Assembly: GCA_018400675.1 (NCBI GenBank)
Contig: JAGYMG010000001.1
Span: forward strand, 1-43,301
Direction: 5' to 3'
DNA length: 43,301 bases
From: a bacterium
GTDB taxonomy: Bacteria; Patescibacteriota; Minisyncoccia; Minisyncoccales; CG1-02-41-26
In this document: piece after piece, positions 24,872-34,843 of the stretch
Layout of the letters: every line of letters begins with the position of its first letter
Numbering within the stretch: position 1 is the first letter of the stretch
The notes under the pieces: generated by a model
Databases searched by the model: none
What the model saw: the letters and a program-made list of their open reading frames with translations, nothing else
What the model was told of the DNA's origin: nothing
Made by a program: the position numbers and the translations under genes

Positions 24872-25618
24872 TCATAACCGGGTGAGCACCTGGCAACCAT
24901 CCTCAGTCACAACAACCTCGTGCTCATAATGGCTAGAGAGCGTATTGTCAGCCGTCTGCCAGCCAAATCCATCAGGATTTTTTTCTATTCTCCAATCGCC
25001 AGCTGAAACCATCGGCTCAATACAAAAGACCATACCTTGTTCTAAAGGGGTCTTCTCCCCTTTCTCTCGGTAATTTAATACCTGGGGATCTTCATGCAAC
25101 TCTCTCCCAATACCATGACCGCATAACTCTCTGATAACACTGAAACCTCTTTTTTCAGCATATCTCTGTATTGTGGCTCCTATATCTTCAAAATAATTAC
25201 CTGGCTTAATAACTGCTAGGCTGGCTTCAAAGGCCCCCTCCGTAGTCCTAATTATTGTTTCCTTTTCCAGGCTGATTGTTCCTACCCCCATAGTCAGGGC
25301 CATATCAGCAAAAAACCCTTTACGATAAAGACCGATATCAAGGGAAAGCAAATCCCCTTCTCTTAACCTATATGCACTGGGCAGGCCGTGAACAATAACC
25401 TCATTGAGAGAAGTACAAAGAGTAGCAGGAAAACCCTGATAGCCCTTAAAAGCTGGTTTTGCCCCGTAATCAAAAATAAGGGCTTCAGCCAGCCCATTTA
25501 ATTCTTTAGTGGTTATGCCGGGACGTACACTGTTTTTAACCTGCTCCAAAATCTTGGCTAATATCTGTGCCCCTTCTCTCATAACCATTATCTCATTGTT
25601 GGTTTTTATCTTTATCAT
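24872..25618 (-). CDS. map: Methionine aminopeptidase type I
   Basis: Metal ligands lie in the contexts DIGLYRKGFFADMA, GHGIG and FCIEP, and the C-terminal HYEHEVVVT is present. Confidence 0.95.
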   Translation of the reverse strand: MIKIKTNNEIMVMREGAQILAKILEQVKNSVRPGITTKELNGLAEALIFDYGAKPAFKGYQGFPATLCTSLNEVIVHGLPSAYRLREGDLLSLDIGLYRKGFFADMALTMGVGTISLEKETIIRTTEGAFEASLAVIKPGNYFEDIGATIQRYAEKRGFSVIRELCGHGIGRELHEDPQVLNYREKGEKTPLEQGMVFCIEPMVSAGDWRIEKNPDGFGWQTADNTLSSHYEHEVVVTEDGCQVLTRL

Positions 25619-26319
25619 TCCTTTAGGCCAGATGTCTTCAGAATTCTTTCAAAGACCTTAGCAACAGAGCCTTCACCGTTCACCTTGTTTAAATTAAAAC
25701 TATTGGCCTTTAAGTAGTCTATAATCGGCAGCGTACGTTCCTGGTACTCCTTCCATCTTACCTTGATTACTGCAGGATCGTCTAAGCCTTCTCTTTTAAC
25801 CAAGGGTGAGCCATCTAAGGGACAATGACTGAGATCTTTTGTCTCTTGGTTATAAAGGATAGGGTGTCTCATGAGACTACAAATTCTTCTCTTGGAATTA
25901 CGAGCCAGGGATTCTTCAGGCGATATCTCAATCAACACTGTCTTTATATTCTCCTTGCCATATAGCTCTTCTAATAATGGCATAAGCTTTTTAGCCTCAT
26001 AGAGAGTCCGGGGAGAACCGGCTAAAACAATATCCTCACCTCTTTTTTCCAAATCCCTTAATTTTTCTTTAACCAGATAAGTGACAAAAGGCGGATCACA
26101 GAGAATCCCCTTTTTCCATTTATCGCTCTGGTCCTGAAAATAATATTGCTGGCCGTCTATCTCAATAGAGTCACTGCCTTTAAAGCTCTTAAATGATTGC
26201 TCCAAAATCTTACTGGTTTCAAAATAATAAAGGCTCAGTTTTTCTGAAAGCAAACTGGCTTGAGTACCTTTACCGGCTCCCGGTGGTCCTAGTAAAATAA
26301 CTACTTGTTTAGAACTCAT
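25615..26319 (-). CDS. adk: Adenylate kinase
   Basis: P-loop LLGPPGAGKGTQA. It sits in the canonical position between secY and map. Confidence 0.9.
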   Translation of the reverse strand: MSSKQVVILLGPPGAGKGTQASLLSEKLSLYYFETSKILEQSFKSFKGSDSIEIDGQQYYFQDQSDKWKKGILCDPPFVTYLVKEKLRDLEKRGEDIVLAGSPRTLYEAKKLMPLLEELYGKENIKTVLIEISPEESLARNSKRRICSLMRHPILYNQETKDLSHCPLDGSPLVKREGLDDPAVIKVRWKEYQERTLPIIDYLKANSFNLNKVNGEGSVAKVFERILKTSGLKE

Positions 26320-26344
26320 AAGTGGCCGATGATATATAATTTTC

Positions 26345-27628
26345 TTAAAAATTTTCGTATTCCCTCATCTCCATCTGAGCTTTGAGCTGCCTCCAGAAAT
26401 CAAGGATAACACTCACCATAATTAGTAATGCTGTACCACCAATAAGAAAGGTAAAAGATTGAATCCCTGTAAAACCTTGGATTATTGAAGGCATAACGGC
26501 GATAGTGCCTAAAAATGAGGCTCCAACAAACAATATCTTGTAGAGAATTTTCTGGAGGAATGCAGCTGTCGGTCGTCCCGGTCTTATCCCTGAAATAAAT
26601 CCCCCCATTTTTTGAAGATTATTAGAAACCGTTTCAGGGTTAAAAGTAACAGACGTATAGAAATAAGTGAAGAGAAATACCAGAACAAAATAAAGACCAC
26701 CGTATATCCAAGCGTTCTGGAGTAAATTGTTAACGCCCTGAGCTATATTAGCTAAAGACTCATTGGCGCTGCCAGACAGAAAATTAGCTATCATGCCAGG
26801 GAAAAGAAGAATACTCATAGCAAAAATAATCGGCAAAACACCGGCTGGATTAATATTAATTGGCAGATAAGTAGAAAAACCACCATACATCTTATTGCCC
26901 CTTACTCGCTTAGCATAAGATACTGGGATATTTCTTTTTCCTTCATTAACCACTACAACACCAGCAATAATTAGAAGGGCAATAACAAAAAATAAGATAT
27001 AGAAAGGGAGGTTAGAAGGATCCCAGGTATAAATTGCATTTCTAATTTCTATCGGGGTCCGAGCAATGATACCAGCAAATATCAATAAGGAAACACCATT
27101 GCCAATACCCCTCTCAGAGATTAGTTCGCCCAACCACATTAAGAAAACAGAGCCACAGGTGACAATAACGATTGAACTGAAGAGTGTCATCGGACCAAGG
27201 GAACCAATCAAGCCCTGATTCTGGAAAAGAACCAACATACCATAAGCCTGCAGGGAAGCCAAAGGAACTGTAGCTATCCGGCCATATTGATTAAATTTCT
27301 GCCGTCCCTGATCACCCTCTTCCTTATAGAGCTTTTCCAGGGCAGGAAAAATCATAGTCAACAGCTGAAGAATAATAACAGAGGTAATATAGGGACTCAT
27401 CCCAAGCATAATAATAGAAACATTGCTCAAAGCACCACCGCTAAAAAGATTCAAGAGTCCCAGGATTTGGCTTTCTCCAAAAAACTTCTGGAGGTCTTCA
27501 CTGGCTATCCCCGGGATAGGAATGTTAGCTGCCAAGCGAAAAACAGCAAAAGCGAAAAGAACAAAAAGTATTTTGTTCCTTAGTTGGCGATCTTTTAAAA
27601 TATAACCGATTTGTCCAAACCAATTCAT
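26345..27628 (-). CDS. secY: Preprotein translocase subunit SecY
   Basis: 427 aa with 10 hydrophobic segments, LGMSPYITSVIILQLL, and GIGNGVSLLIFAGI. Confidence 0.95.
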   Translation of the reverse strand: MNWFGQIGYILKDRQLRNKILFVLFAFAVFRLAANIPIPGIASEDLQKFFGESQILGLLNLFSGGALSNVSIIMLGMSPYITSVIILQLLTMIFPALEKLYKEEGDQGRQKFNQYGRIATVPLASLQAYGMLVLFQNQGLIGSLGPMTLFSSIVIVTCGSVFLMWLGELISERGIGNGVSLLIFAGIIARTPIEIRNAIYTWDPSNLPFYILFFVIALLIIAGVVVVNEGKRNIPVSYAKRVRGNKMYGGFSTYLPININPAGVLPIIFAMSILLFPGMIANFLSGSANESLANIAQGVNNLLQNAWIYGGLYFVLVFLFTYFYTSVTFNPETVSNNLQKMGGFISGIRPGRPTAAFLQKILYKILFVGASFLGTIAVMPSIIQGFTGIQSFTFLIGGTALLIMVSVILDFWRQLKAQMEMREYENF

Positions 27629-27633
27629 AAAGA

Positions 27634-28062
27634 TTATTCTATAATCTTAGAGCCCGATTGCTTAATTTTTTCTTCAGCTTTCTTAGAAAAAGTAAGGCCT
27701 TTGAAAGAAAGCTTCTTGGTTAATGATCCTTGGCTTAAGATTTTAATTCCTTTCTTCTCTATTGTACCAATTAAATCCTTTGCCAGTAAAGTCCTGGGCG
27801 TTACTGATGCGCCTACTTCAAAATTATTATTTATTAGGCCTAGATTAACCTCTTGACTCTTCTTATCCTTTGATTTAATACGATAACCTCTTAATTTAGG
27901 ATATTTTTTAATCAATTCCCTAATAAGAGGTTGTTTGTTATTGCCCGATCTTGATTTCTGCCCTTTCATGCCTCGGCCGGAGTATGTCCCCTTTCTGCCT
28001 CCTCGACCAACCCTTTTTCTTGGTTTTACTTTTTGTTTTGGTTCAAGCTGATGTATCTGCAT
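27634..28062 (-). CDS. rplO: 50S ribosomal protein L15
   Basis: KRVGRGGRKGTYSGRGMKGQKSRSG. It starts 2 nt after the S5 stop, so no L30 gene lies between them. Confidence 0.95.
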   Translation of the reverse strand: MQIHQLEPKQKVKPRKRVGRGGRKGTYSGRGMKGQKSRSGNNKQPLIRELIKKYPKLRGYRIKSKDKKSQEVNLGLINNNFEVGASVTPRTLLAKDLIGTIEKKGIKILSQGSLTKKLSFKGLTFSKKAEEKIKQSGSKIIE

Positions 28063-28063
28063 A

Positions 28064-28546
28064 TTATTTTTCTATTTTTAGTTTCTTTAAGGCAGCCATA
28101 GTCGCCATAGCATTGTTAATCTTGTTGCGCGATCTGGAAAGTATTTTAGCACAAATATTTTCTATACCGGCTAAATCGCAAATAACCCTTACCGGGCCAC
28201 CGGCGATAAGACCTATTCCGCTTATCTGGGGTTTTAAGATAACTGCCGAAGCTTCAAATTTAGCTTCTACTTCATGGGGAATAGTTTCTTCTTTTATGGG
28301 CACGGTAATAATATTCTTCCGAGCAACCTTTTCTGCCTTGGCGATTGCTTGAGAAACATCCTTCCCTTTAGCCAAACCAATACCCACTTTTCCTTTTTTA
28401 TCACCAATGACAACACAGGCCCGAAAACGCAGTTTCTTACCGCCACCAGTAACTCGGGTTACCCGATCTAAATCAAGAATCTTGGATTTAAAATCATCCT
28501 CTTTTTTTCCTCTATTCTCTTTTCTTGATAAATTTCTTTTTGGCAT
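28064..28546 (-). CDS. rpsE: 30S ribosomal protein S5
   Basis: VTRVTGGGKKLRFRACVVIGDKKGKVGIGLAKGKDV. Confidence 0.95.
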   Translation of the reverse strand: MPKRNLSRKENRGKKEDDFKSKILDLDRVTRVTGGGKKLRFRACVVIGDKKGKVGIGLAKGKDVSQAIAKAEKVARKNIITVPIKEETIPHEVEAKFEASAVILKPQISGIGLIAGGPVRVICDLAGIENICAKILSRSRNKINNAMATMAALKKLKIEK

Positions 28547-28579
28547 TGTTAACTATATAAATTAGTTTACTGCTTTCGC

Positions 28580-28960
28580 TTAAAAAACTAAACCACCCTC
28601 TCGAGCTCCTTCAGCTAAAGCTTGCACCCTGCCATGATATTTATAGCCACCTCGATCAAAGACTACCTCTTTAATGTCTTGTTTAACTGCGGCGGCGGCA
28701 ATATCTCTACCTACCTTATAAGCTAAAGCCTTTTTAGCTGCCAGTGTTTCTTTTTCTCTCTTAAGGCTGGTCTTTTTCATCTTAAGATCATTAACGCTTA
28801 ATATTGTTGTGCCTGTCTGGTCATCAATTATCTGGGCTTGAATATGCTTGTTAGACCTAAAAACGGATAAGCGCAAACGTTGAGCGCTACCCATCGTTTT
28901 AGCTCTTATTTTTTTCTTTCTTTTTATCCTTCTTATTTTTTTGTCTGGTTTTTTTGACAT
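28580..28960 (-). CDS. rplR: 50S ribosomal protein L18
   Basis: [42 protein letters not shown]. Confidence 0.95.
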   Translation of the reverse strand: MSKKPDKKIRRIKRKKKIRAKTMGSAQRLRLSVFRSNKHIQAQIIDDQTGTTILSVNDLKMKKTSLKREKETLAAKKALAYKVGRDIAAAAVKQDIKEVVFDRGGYKYHGRVQALAEGAREGGLVF

Positions 28961-28965
28961 AATGT

Positions 28966-29520
28966 TTAAGCTCCAGCCCCACCTCCGGTTGCTGCTTTTT
29001 TACCTTCTTTTCTTCTTATTATCTCATCACTGTATTTAATACCCTTGCCCTTATATGGTTCTGGCGGCCTCACCTTCCTTGCTTTAGCGGCAAATTCACC
29101 CACCTGTTGCTTGTCTGTCCCGGCAATGATGACAACATTTTTCTCAATGGTAACCGCTAAGCCTTCTGGAATGTTTAATCTTACTTTATTAGAATAACCG
29201 ACATCTAAGACAAGCTGGTTATTTTCTAAAGCAGCTCTATATCCTACACCTATTAATTCTAATTTCTTCTGGAACCCCTCTGTCAATCCTTTAATATAGT
29301 TGTAGAGTAGCGCTCTGGTCAACCCCCAGAGAGCTTTGCTCTTTTTTGTTTCTTTTTTAGGGCTCACCACAATCTCATTCTCACTAATAGTTATTTTAAT
29401 CTCTTTGGGAATTGGATGAGAAAACTCGCCCTTATCACCCTTGATAAGAATTTTCTGGTTTTTCTCCTCAACGTTTATGCCATCAGGAATAGTTATTGGT
29501 TTTTTGCCGATACGACTCAT
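28966..29520 (-). CDS. rplF: 50S ribosomal protein L6
   Basis: [12 protein letters not shown], and [11 protein letters not shown]. Confidence 0.95.
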   Translation of the reverse strand: MSRIGKKPITIPDGINVEEKNQKILIKGDKGEFSHPIPKEIKITISENEIVVSPKKETKKSKALWGLTRALLYNYIKGLTEGFQKKLELIGVGYRAALENNQLVLDVGYSNKVRLNIPEGLAVTIEKNVVIIAGTDKQQVGEFAAKARKVRPPEPYKGKGIKYSDEIIRRKEGKKAATGGGAGA

Positions 29521-29528
29521 AAATATAA

Positions 29529-29918
29529 TTACCAGACTTCACAAATTATTTCTCCGCTCAAGCTTTCTTTTTTTGCTTTCCTGTCGGTGATAATACCCTT
29601 AGAGCTGGAGATAATCAGTATGCCTGATTTCTTTTTAAGCTTATTTAAATCTTTTACTCCGGCGTAAATACGCTGGCCGGGTTTGGAAATTTTTCTTAAG
29701 CCAGCAATCACTCCTTTGTCATCTTTATACTTTAAAAAGAGCCTTAATAATTTTTTATTTTTTTGTCTTTTTAAATCAATCTTCTTCAGATAACCTTCTT
29801 CTTCCAATAGCCTGGCAATCTCTCCTTTAATCTTAGAAAAAGGAACGTCCACTGTTTCCCGAGAAACAGCTTGGCCATTGCGTATTCTATTTAACATGTC
29901 TGTTATTGGATCAGTCAT
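29529..29918 (-). CDS. rpsH: 30S ribosomal protein S8
   Basis: DPITDMLNRIRNG, and a GEIICEVW C-terminus. Confidence 0.95.
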   Translation of the reverse strand: MTDPITDMLNRIRNGQAVSRETVDVPFSKIKGEIARLLEEEGYLKKIDLKRQKNKKLLRLFLKYKDDKGVIAGLRKISKPGQRIYAGVKDLNKLKKKSGILIISSSKGIITDRKAKKESLSGEIICEVW

Positions 29919-29935
29919 ATATCTAAATTATATTA

Positions 29936-30121
29936 CTACCAGGAAGATTTTTTCACTCCTGGGATTTCGCCCCTATTAGCTAATTCTCTAAAGCAAATAC
30001 GGCACAAGCCAAATTTTCTTAAAACCCCTCTCGGCCGACCACATCTAAAACAACGCCTGGTGACTCGGGTTTTAAATTTTGGTTGTTTTTCTGACTTTAT
30101 TATTTGTGATTTCTTAGCCAT
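29936..30121 (-). CDS. rpsN: 30S ribosomal protein S14 type Z (Zn-binding, 61 aa)
   Basis: [38 protein letters not shown]. Confidence 0.95.
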   Translation of the reverse strand: MAKKSQIIKSEKQPKFKTRVTRRCFRCGRPRGVLRKFGLCRICFRELANRGEIPGVKKSSW

Positions 30122-30123
30122 AA

Positions 30124-30681
30124 TTATTCTTTGAAAGGAAAACCTAATAATTTAAATAAGGTTACAGCCTCCTCCCTTTCTCTGCTATCAGTAACAATAT
30201 TAACCTCTAAGCCAAAAATACTTCTTTCTTTTTCAGCTGAGATCTCTGGAAAGGAGGTGTGCTCCTTGAAGCCTATTGAGAGATTCCCATTTTTGTCAAC
30301 TAATTTTTTATCCAGCCCATTAAAATCTCTCGTCCGCGGTAGAGTAATATAAATTAATCTCTCTAAAAAATCGTACATCTTATCTCCCCTTAAGGTGACT
30401 GCCGCCCCTACTGCCGTACCAGCTCTTAGCTTGAAGCCAGAAACAGATTTACGCGCCTTCCTTAGGGCAGGCTGTTGACCAGCAACCAGGGCTAATTGTT
30501 TAAGAATATGCTCTTCCAGTTTTTTAGCTTCATCCCCTTTCTTGGTAATAATTTCTCGGCCAAAACCACTATTAATAACCACCTTCTCTATTCTGGGAAC
30601 AGACATAATATTCTTATAGCCAAGCTGCTGCTGCATAGACGGGATAATTTCCTTTTTATATTTTTCTTTTAATTTCAACAT
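30124..30681 (-). CDS. rplE: 50S ribosomal protein L5
   Basis: [14 protein letters not shown], and [22 protein letters not shown]. Confidence 0.95.
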   Translation of the reverse strand: MLKLKEKYKKEIIPSMQQQLGYKNIMSVPRIEKVVINSGFGREIITKKGDEAKKLEEHILKQLALVAGQQPALRKARKSVSGFKLRAGTAVGAAVTLRGDKMYDFLERLIYITLPRTRDFNGLDKKLVDKNGNLSIGFKEHTSFPEISAEKERSIFGLEVNIVTDSREREEAVTLFKLLGFPFKE

Positions 30682-30693
30682 TTAACTTAATTT

Positions 30694-31047
30694 TTAAATC
30701 TCTTTTTGGCAATGCTTACATATCCTCACTTTAATCTTTTTCTCAGCCTTATCGCCTTTATTCTCTTTTCCCTCCTCTCCTTTCTTTGTCTTGACACTAT
30801 AACCAACCTTACTCGGCTTACCACAGTTAGGACAAATTAGTTTCACATTGGCGATGCTAACAGGAAAGGCCAATTCAACCACCTGCCCTTTCTCGCCTGA
30901 TTTTTTGGGTCTTTTATGAATTTTTTTAAGATTAATATTCTCAACCAAAATCTGGTTTTTCTCTGGAAAACCTCTCAAGACTTTACCTTTCTTGCCCTTG
31001 TCTTTGCCTTTGATTATTATTACCTGGTCGTTTTTTCTAATCTTCAT
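30694..31047 (-). CDS. rplX: 50S ribosomal protein L24 with a CxxC...CxxC (zinc-ribbon-like) C-terminal elaboration
   Basis: KOW motif IRKNDQVIIIKGKDKGKKGKV, followed by CPNCGK...CKHCQ. Confidence 0.9.
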   Translation of the reverse strand: MKIRKNDQVIIIKGKDKGKKGKVLRGFPEKNQILVENINLKKIHKRPKKSGEKGQVVELAFPVSIANVKLICPNCGKPSKVGYSVKTKKGEEGKENKGDKAEKKIKVRICKHCQKEI

Positions 31048-31053
31048 AATAGC

Positions 31054-31422
31054 CTAAACAACTTCTTTGGAAAGAGTGGTTATTTTTTCAAATCCTTTAT
31101 CTTTTAATTCTCGTGGTATCGGACCCAGTATTCTGTTGCCTTTAGGATTTTTATTATCGTCTATAATCACACAAGCGTTCTCGCTAAACCTGATATAAGA
31201 ACCGTCCTCACGCCTAAAGGGATTTTTCTGTCTCACTATTACCGCCTTAACGATACTATGGGTTTTTACTTGCCGGCGGGGTTCTGCTTTTTTTACCGAA
31301 GCGACAACAATGTCACCAATGCGGGCATAACGTCTACGAGTACCACCCAAAACTTTAAAACATTTAACTAACTTAGCTCCAGTGTTGTCAGCGACTTTTA
31401 ATTTTGTTTCTGGTTGAATCAT
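31054..31422 (-). CDS. rplN: 50S ribosomal protein L14
   Basis: [17 protein letters not shown], and a 122-aa length. Confidence 0.95.
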   Translation of the reverse strand: MIQPETKLKVADNTGAKLVKCFKVLGGTRRRYARIGDIVVASVKKAEPRRQVKTHSIVKAVIVRQKNPFRREDGSYIRFSENACVIIDDNKNPKGNRILGPIPRELKDKGFEKITTLSKEVV

Positions 31423-31426
31423 ATTT

Positions 31427-31783
31427 TTATTTATTCTCTACCTGCTTTGTCTCTTTTACGTCTTCTCCTTTATCCGCCTCCCGCTCTTCTTCTTTATCCG
31501 CTGCTTTATCTGCTGCTTTAGCTGCTACCTCAGTTTTCGGTTGGCTCATTATTTTTTCAATTACCCTCCATCCCTTCTCCTTGCTCTGGGGTTTTGTTTC
31601 CTCAATAATGACCTTCTCGCCCAGATTAAAGGTTCGGCTATCTTTAACATTTACCTTATATCTCCTGGTTGACTTATACCTCTTCTTATACTTCGGATGT
31701 TCTTTAAATTTATCCACCGTAACAATTATAGTTTTCTCCATTTTATTAGCAGCTACGGTTCCTTTTAATTTTCTCTTTGGCAT
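31427..31783 (-). CDS. rpsQ: 30S ribosomal protein S17 with an acidic/Lys-rich C-terminal tail
   Basis: [20 protein letters not shown]...HPKYKKRY. Confidence 0.95.
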   Translation of the reverse strand: MPKRKLKGTVAANKMEKTIIVTVDKFKEHPKYKKRYKSTRRYKVNVKDSRTFNLGEKVIIEETKPQSKEKGWRVIEKIMSQPKTEVAAKAADKAADKEEEREADKGEDVKETKQVENK

Positions 31784-31787
31784 AATA

Positions 31788-32009
31788 TTATTGCTTTGGT
31801 TCTTTGTTATTTAAAAGTCTTTCACTGATAATCGTTTTCAGTCTGGCTATATTCTTTCTTCTCTTCCTTATTTCAGCCACATTCTTACCCTTCCCAGCGG
31901 CTAAATTAAAACGTAATTGTTCTAATTTTTCTTTGTTCTCTTCTAAGAGATTATTCAACTCTTTATCAGGCAATCTTAAGTATTCTTTTATTTGTTCTGT
32001 TTTTTTCAT
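31788..32009 (-). CDS. rpmC: 50S ribosomal protein L29
   Basis: It has the L29 position and a coiled-coil sequence (LEQLRFNLAAGKGKNVAEIRKRRKNIARLKT). Confidence 0.9.
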   Translation of the reverse strand: MKKTEQIKEYLRLPDKELNNLLEENKEKLEQLRFNLAAGKGKNVAEIRKRRKNIARLKTIISERLLNNKEPKQ

Positions 32010-32416
32010 ACAATCTTTTTAACAAATTTTGTCTTTATTGGCAATTTATCAGTTGTTTTTTTGAATATTTCTTTGGCTGTTTTTTCTTCTACTCCGTCCA
32101 ATTCAAAGATTATTTTACCCGGTCTAATAGGAAATACATAATGGGAGGGAGAGCCTTTGCCACCGCCCATAGGAACTTCATTACCCTTACTGGTGACCGG
32201 CTTATCAGGGAATATCCTTATCCAGAATTTACCTTTCTTTTTCAAATATCTAATGATCACTCGCCGGGCTGCTTCCAGCTGAGCTGAAGAAATCCATTTT
32301 GTAGAAAGGGACTTTAAACCAAAACTGCCAAAGGATAATTGAGCACCCTTCCTATCTATCCCCTTCGAAGTTCCCTTCTGCCATTTTCTATGTTTTACTT
32401 TTTTTGGTTCTAACAT
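32006..32416 (-). CDS. rplP: 50S ribosomal protein L16
   Basis: MLEPKKVKHRKWQKG, and MGGGKGSPSHYV. Confidence 0.95.
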   Translation of the reverse strand: MLEPKKVKHRKWQKGTSKGIDRKGAQLSFGSFGLKSLSTKWISSAQLEAARRVIIRYLKKKGKFWIRIFPDKPVTSKGNEVPMGGGKGSPSHYVFPIRPGKIIFELDGVEEKTAKEIFKKTTDKLPIKTKFVKKIV

Positions 32417-32425
32417 ACTATATTA

Positions 32426-33091
32426 TTAGAATTTTTCTCCTTTATATATCCATATCTTTACTCCTATCACCCCATAGGTACAAAAAGCCAAACTAGTGCC
32501 ATAGTCTATATCAGCTCTTAAGCTATGACGGGGTAATTTTCCTTCCTTTATCCACTCGGTACGGGAAATCTCAACTCCATTCAAACGGCCAGCAACTTCC
32601 ACTCGGGCTCCCTCAACTTCTTTATTGGCCATAATCTTAGAGAGAACCATTTTCATTGCTCGTCTAAATTTAACCCTCCTTCTTATTTGCTGGGCCACCC
32701 ACTGAGCGCAGATATCGCCTGAGAGCCAAGGATTTCTCACCTCTTGGACTTCAATCTTTATCGCCTTCTTTTTGCCTTTTTCGTCCTTGTCTCTTTCCTT
32801 CTTGCCCTTTATCACCGTGCTTAAGTCTTTCTTTAACTTTTCAACAGCTTCTCCGCCACGGCCAATTACCAGAGCTGGCCGGGAAGTTTTTATGATTATC
32901 TTCACTTCCGAGACAGACCGTTCAATCTCTATTGCCTCAACATTCGCCTCAGCTAATCTTTTGTCTAAAAATTTCCTGATGATATAATCCTCCTTAAGAT
33001 ACCCAACTGGTTTATCACCATAAAAACCGCGGGATAACCAATCCTTCATTTCTTTTATCCTATAAACTTTTGGGTGGACTTTATGACTCAT
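32426..33091 (-). CDS. rpsC: 30S ribosomal protein S3
   Basis: MSHKVHPKVYRI, a KH domain (VIGRGGEAVEKL), and GRLNGVEISRTEW. Confidence 0.95.
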   Translation of the reverse strand: MSHKVHPKVYRIKEMKDWLSRGFYGDKPVGYLKEDYIIRKFLDKRLAEANVEAIEIERSVSEVKIIIKTSRPALVIGRGGEAVEKLKKDLSTVIKGKKERDKDEKGKKKAIKIEVQEVRNPWLSGDICAQWVAQQIRRRVKFRRAMKMVLSKIMANKEVEGARVEVAGRLNGVEISRTEWIKEGKLPRHSLRADIDYGTSLAFCTYGVIGVKIWIYKGEKF

Positions 33092-33112
33092 ACAAAATAT
33101 TGGTAAATAATT

Positions 33113-33661
33113 TTAAAACGCTTTTCTTCTAAAATCTTTTTTGGTCATACCTTTTTTAAATTTTAATTCCTTGGTCTGGTCTTTATCGCCCCGTAAAAAC
33201 TTAGATTTCATTTTCTTTTTCTCTTTTTCTTTTGCTGTCTCGTTGTCTTTAGCCTTGGATCCTTTTTCTGCTGGTTGAACAGCTTTCTTTTCTTCAGGAC
33301 TTTTCCCTTTCTTCTGTTTCACTGTTTTACCGCCAGTAACCACCAGGCTAATATGAGATGTTTTTTTCTGGATTTCGGCTGCCCGGCCGTGGGCACGAGC
33401 TCGCCATCTTTTTAACTTCGGGCCTTCATTAACAAAGATTTCAGATATATAGAGAGCCTCTTCGTTCTCTAAGCTAAGATTGTTTTTGGCGTTAGCCAGA
33501 GCTTGTTCCAACAGTTTCTTGAGAGGCAGACTCCCTTTCTTATAGCTAAAATCGAGCAAACTAATTGCTTCTTTCAATTTCTTACCCCTAATCAAATCTG
33601 CCAAGAGTCTTGTCTTCCGTGGACTAATCCTTAAATAATTTAATTGTGCTTTTACTGCCAT
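33113..33661 (-). CDS. rplV: 50S ribosomal protein L22 with a ~70-aa Lys-rich C-terminal extension
   Basis: RISPRKTRLLADLIRGK, RARAHGRAAEIQKKTSHI. Confidence 0.95.
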   Translation of the reverse strand: MAVKAQLNYLRISPRKTRLLADLIRGKKLKEAISLLDFSYKKGSLPLKKLLEQALANAKNNLSLENEEALYISEIFVNEGPKLKRWRARAHGRAAEIQKKTSHISLVVTGGKTVKQKKGKSPEEKKAVQPAEKGSKAKDNETAKEKEKKKMKSKFLRGDKDQTKELKFKKGMTKKDFRRKAF

Positions 33662-33685
33662 AAGAATAATACTTAACTAAAAAGT

Positions 33686-33979
33686 TTATTTCCCTGACGC
33701 TTTTCCTTCAAGTTCTTTCTGCATCTTACCACCGTGCCGAACAAATTTAGTAGTTGGAGAAAATTCGCCCAATTTATGACCGACCATATCCTCAACTATC
33801 TGGATAGGAACATGTTCTTTTCCGTTATAAACACCAAAAATAAAGCCAACCATTTCCGGAGTAATGATAGCTGAACGAGACCATGTTTTGATAATAGTCT
33901 TGTCACCTTTCTTAAGCTTTGCCACCTTTTTAAGTAATCTGTCATCTATATAAGGACCTTTTTTCAAGCTACGAGACAT
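33686..33979 (-). CDS. rpsS: 30S ribosomal protein S19
   Basis: [29 protein letters not shown]. Confidence 0.95.
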   Translation of the reverse strand: MSRSLKKGPYIDDRLLKKVAKLKKGDKTIIKTWSRSAIITPEMVGFIFGVYNGKEHVPIQIVEDMVGHKLGEFSPTTKFVRHGGKMQKELEGKASGK

Positions 33980-34000
33980 ATTTTCTTCTTTTTATTTTTT

Positions 34001-34837
34001 TTATTTTCTCTTTTTCTTTTTTCTTCTTTTAACTATTAACTTATTAGTCCACTTCTTCTTATTCCGCGTTCTCACCCCCAAGGCATGTTTGCCCCAAGGA
34101 GTCTTCGGATATTTCAAGCCTATAGAAGTTTTTCCTTCTCCACCACCATGGGGATGATCAACAACAGCCATTGCCGAACCTCTGACAGATGGTCTCTTGC
34201 CTAGCCAGCGTGATTTACCAGCCTTACCTTTTTTAACAAATCTGTGCTCTGGATTAGACACTTCCCCTATAGAAGCAAAACATCTTGCCAGGACTTTCCT
34301 TGTCTCCCCAGAGGGCATTCTTAAGAGGGTATACTTATCTTCCTGGGCCATAATCTGAGCCGCTGTGCCAGCTGATCTGATTAGTTTGCCTCCTCTTTCT
34401 GGCTCTATCTCAACATTATAAATCATTGTCCCAACGGGTATATTCTCTAATTTCATTCTATTGCCCGAGACAATCGGTGTTTTCTCCCCAGCGATTACCT
34501 CATCACCGACTCTCAGCCCTTTCGGGGCTAAGAGATAACCTTTTTTCTTATTATCATATTCTAATAAGGCGATAAAAGCCGTCCGATAAGGATCATATTC
34601 TAAGGCTATCACTTTGGCCGGGATATCTAAATATGCTTGGCCAAAATTAACCATACGGTAGAGTCTTTTATTGCCTCCTCCTTTGTGGCGTACTGTGATC
34701 CGTCCATTGCTAGCCCGCCCAGCTTTTTTCTTGATTACTCTGACTAATTTCTTCTCTGGCTTTTTTTTAGTCAATGCAGAAAAATCACTACTGGTCATAC
34801 CTCTTCTCGATGGAGTTGTTGGTTTATATTTCTTCAT
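34001..34837 (-). CDS. rplB: 50S ribosomal protein L2
   Basis: RHKGGGNKRLYR, VVDHPHGGGEGK. Confidence 0.95.
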   Translation of the reverse strand: MKKYKPTTPSRRGMTSSDFSALTKKKPEKKLVRVIKKKAGRASNGRITVRHKGGGNKRLYRMVNFGQAYLDIPAKVIALEYDPYRTAFIALLEYDNKKKGYLLAPKGLRVGDEVIAGEKTPIVSGNRMKLENIPVGTMIYNVEIEPERGGKLIRSAGTAAQIMAQEDKYTLLRMPSGETRKVLARCFASIGEVSNPEHRFVKKGKAGKSRWLGKRPSVRGSAMAVVDHPHGGGEGKTSIGLKYPKTPWGKHALGVRTRNKKKWTNKLIVKRRKKKKRK

Positions 34838-34843
34838 AAATCA

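Noticed and set aside
31404-31814. A 136-aa plus-strand ORF, together with many similar ones. Examples are 1406-1714, 2170-2493, 2874-3143, 14426-14824, 20163-20465, 24119-24469, 27951-28352, 35339-35653 and 39007-39342.
   Set aside because: All of them lie antisense within confidently identified conserved genes. They have low-complexity Ser/Leu/Phe-rich translations and no recognisable motifs. These are typical shadow ORFs of an AT-rich genome.
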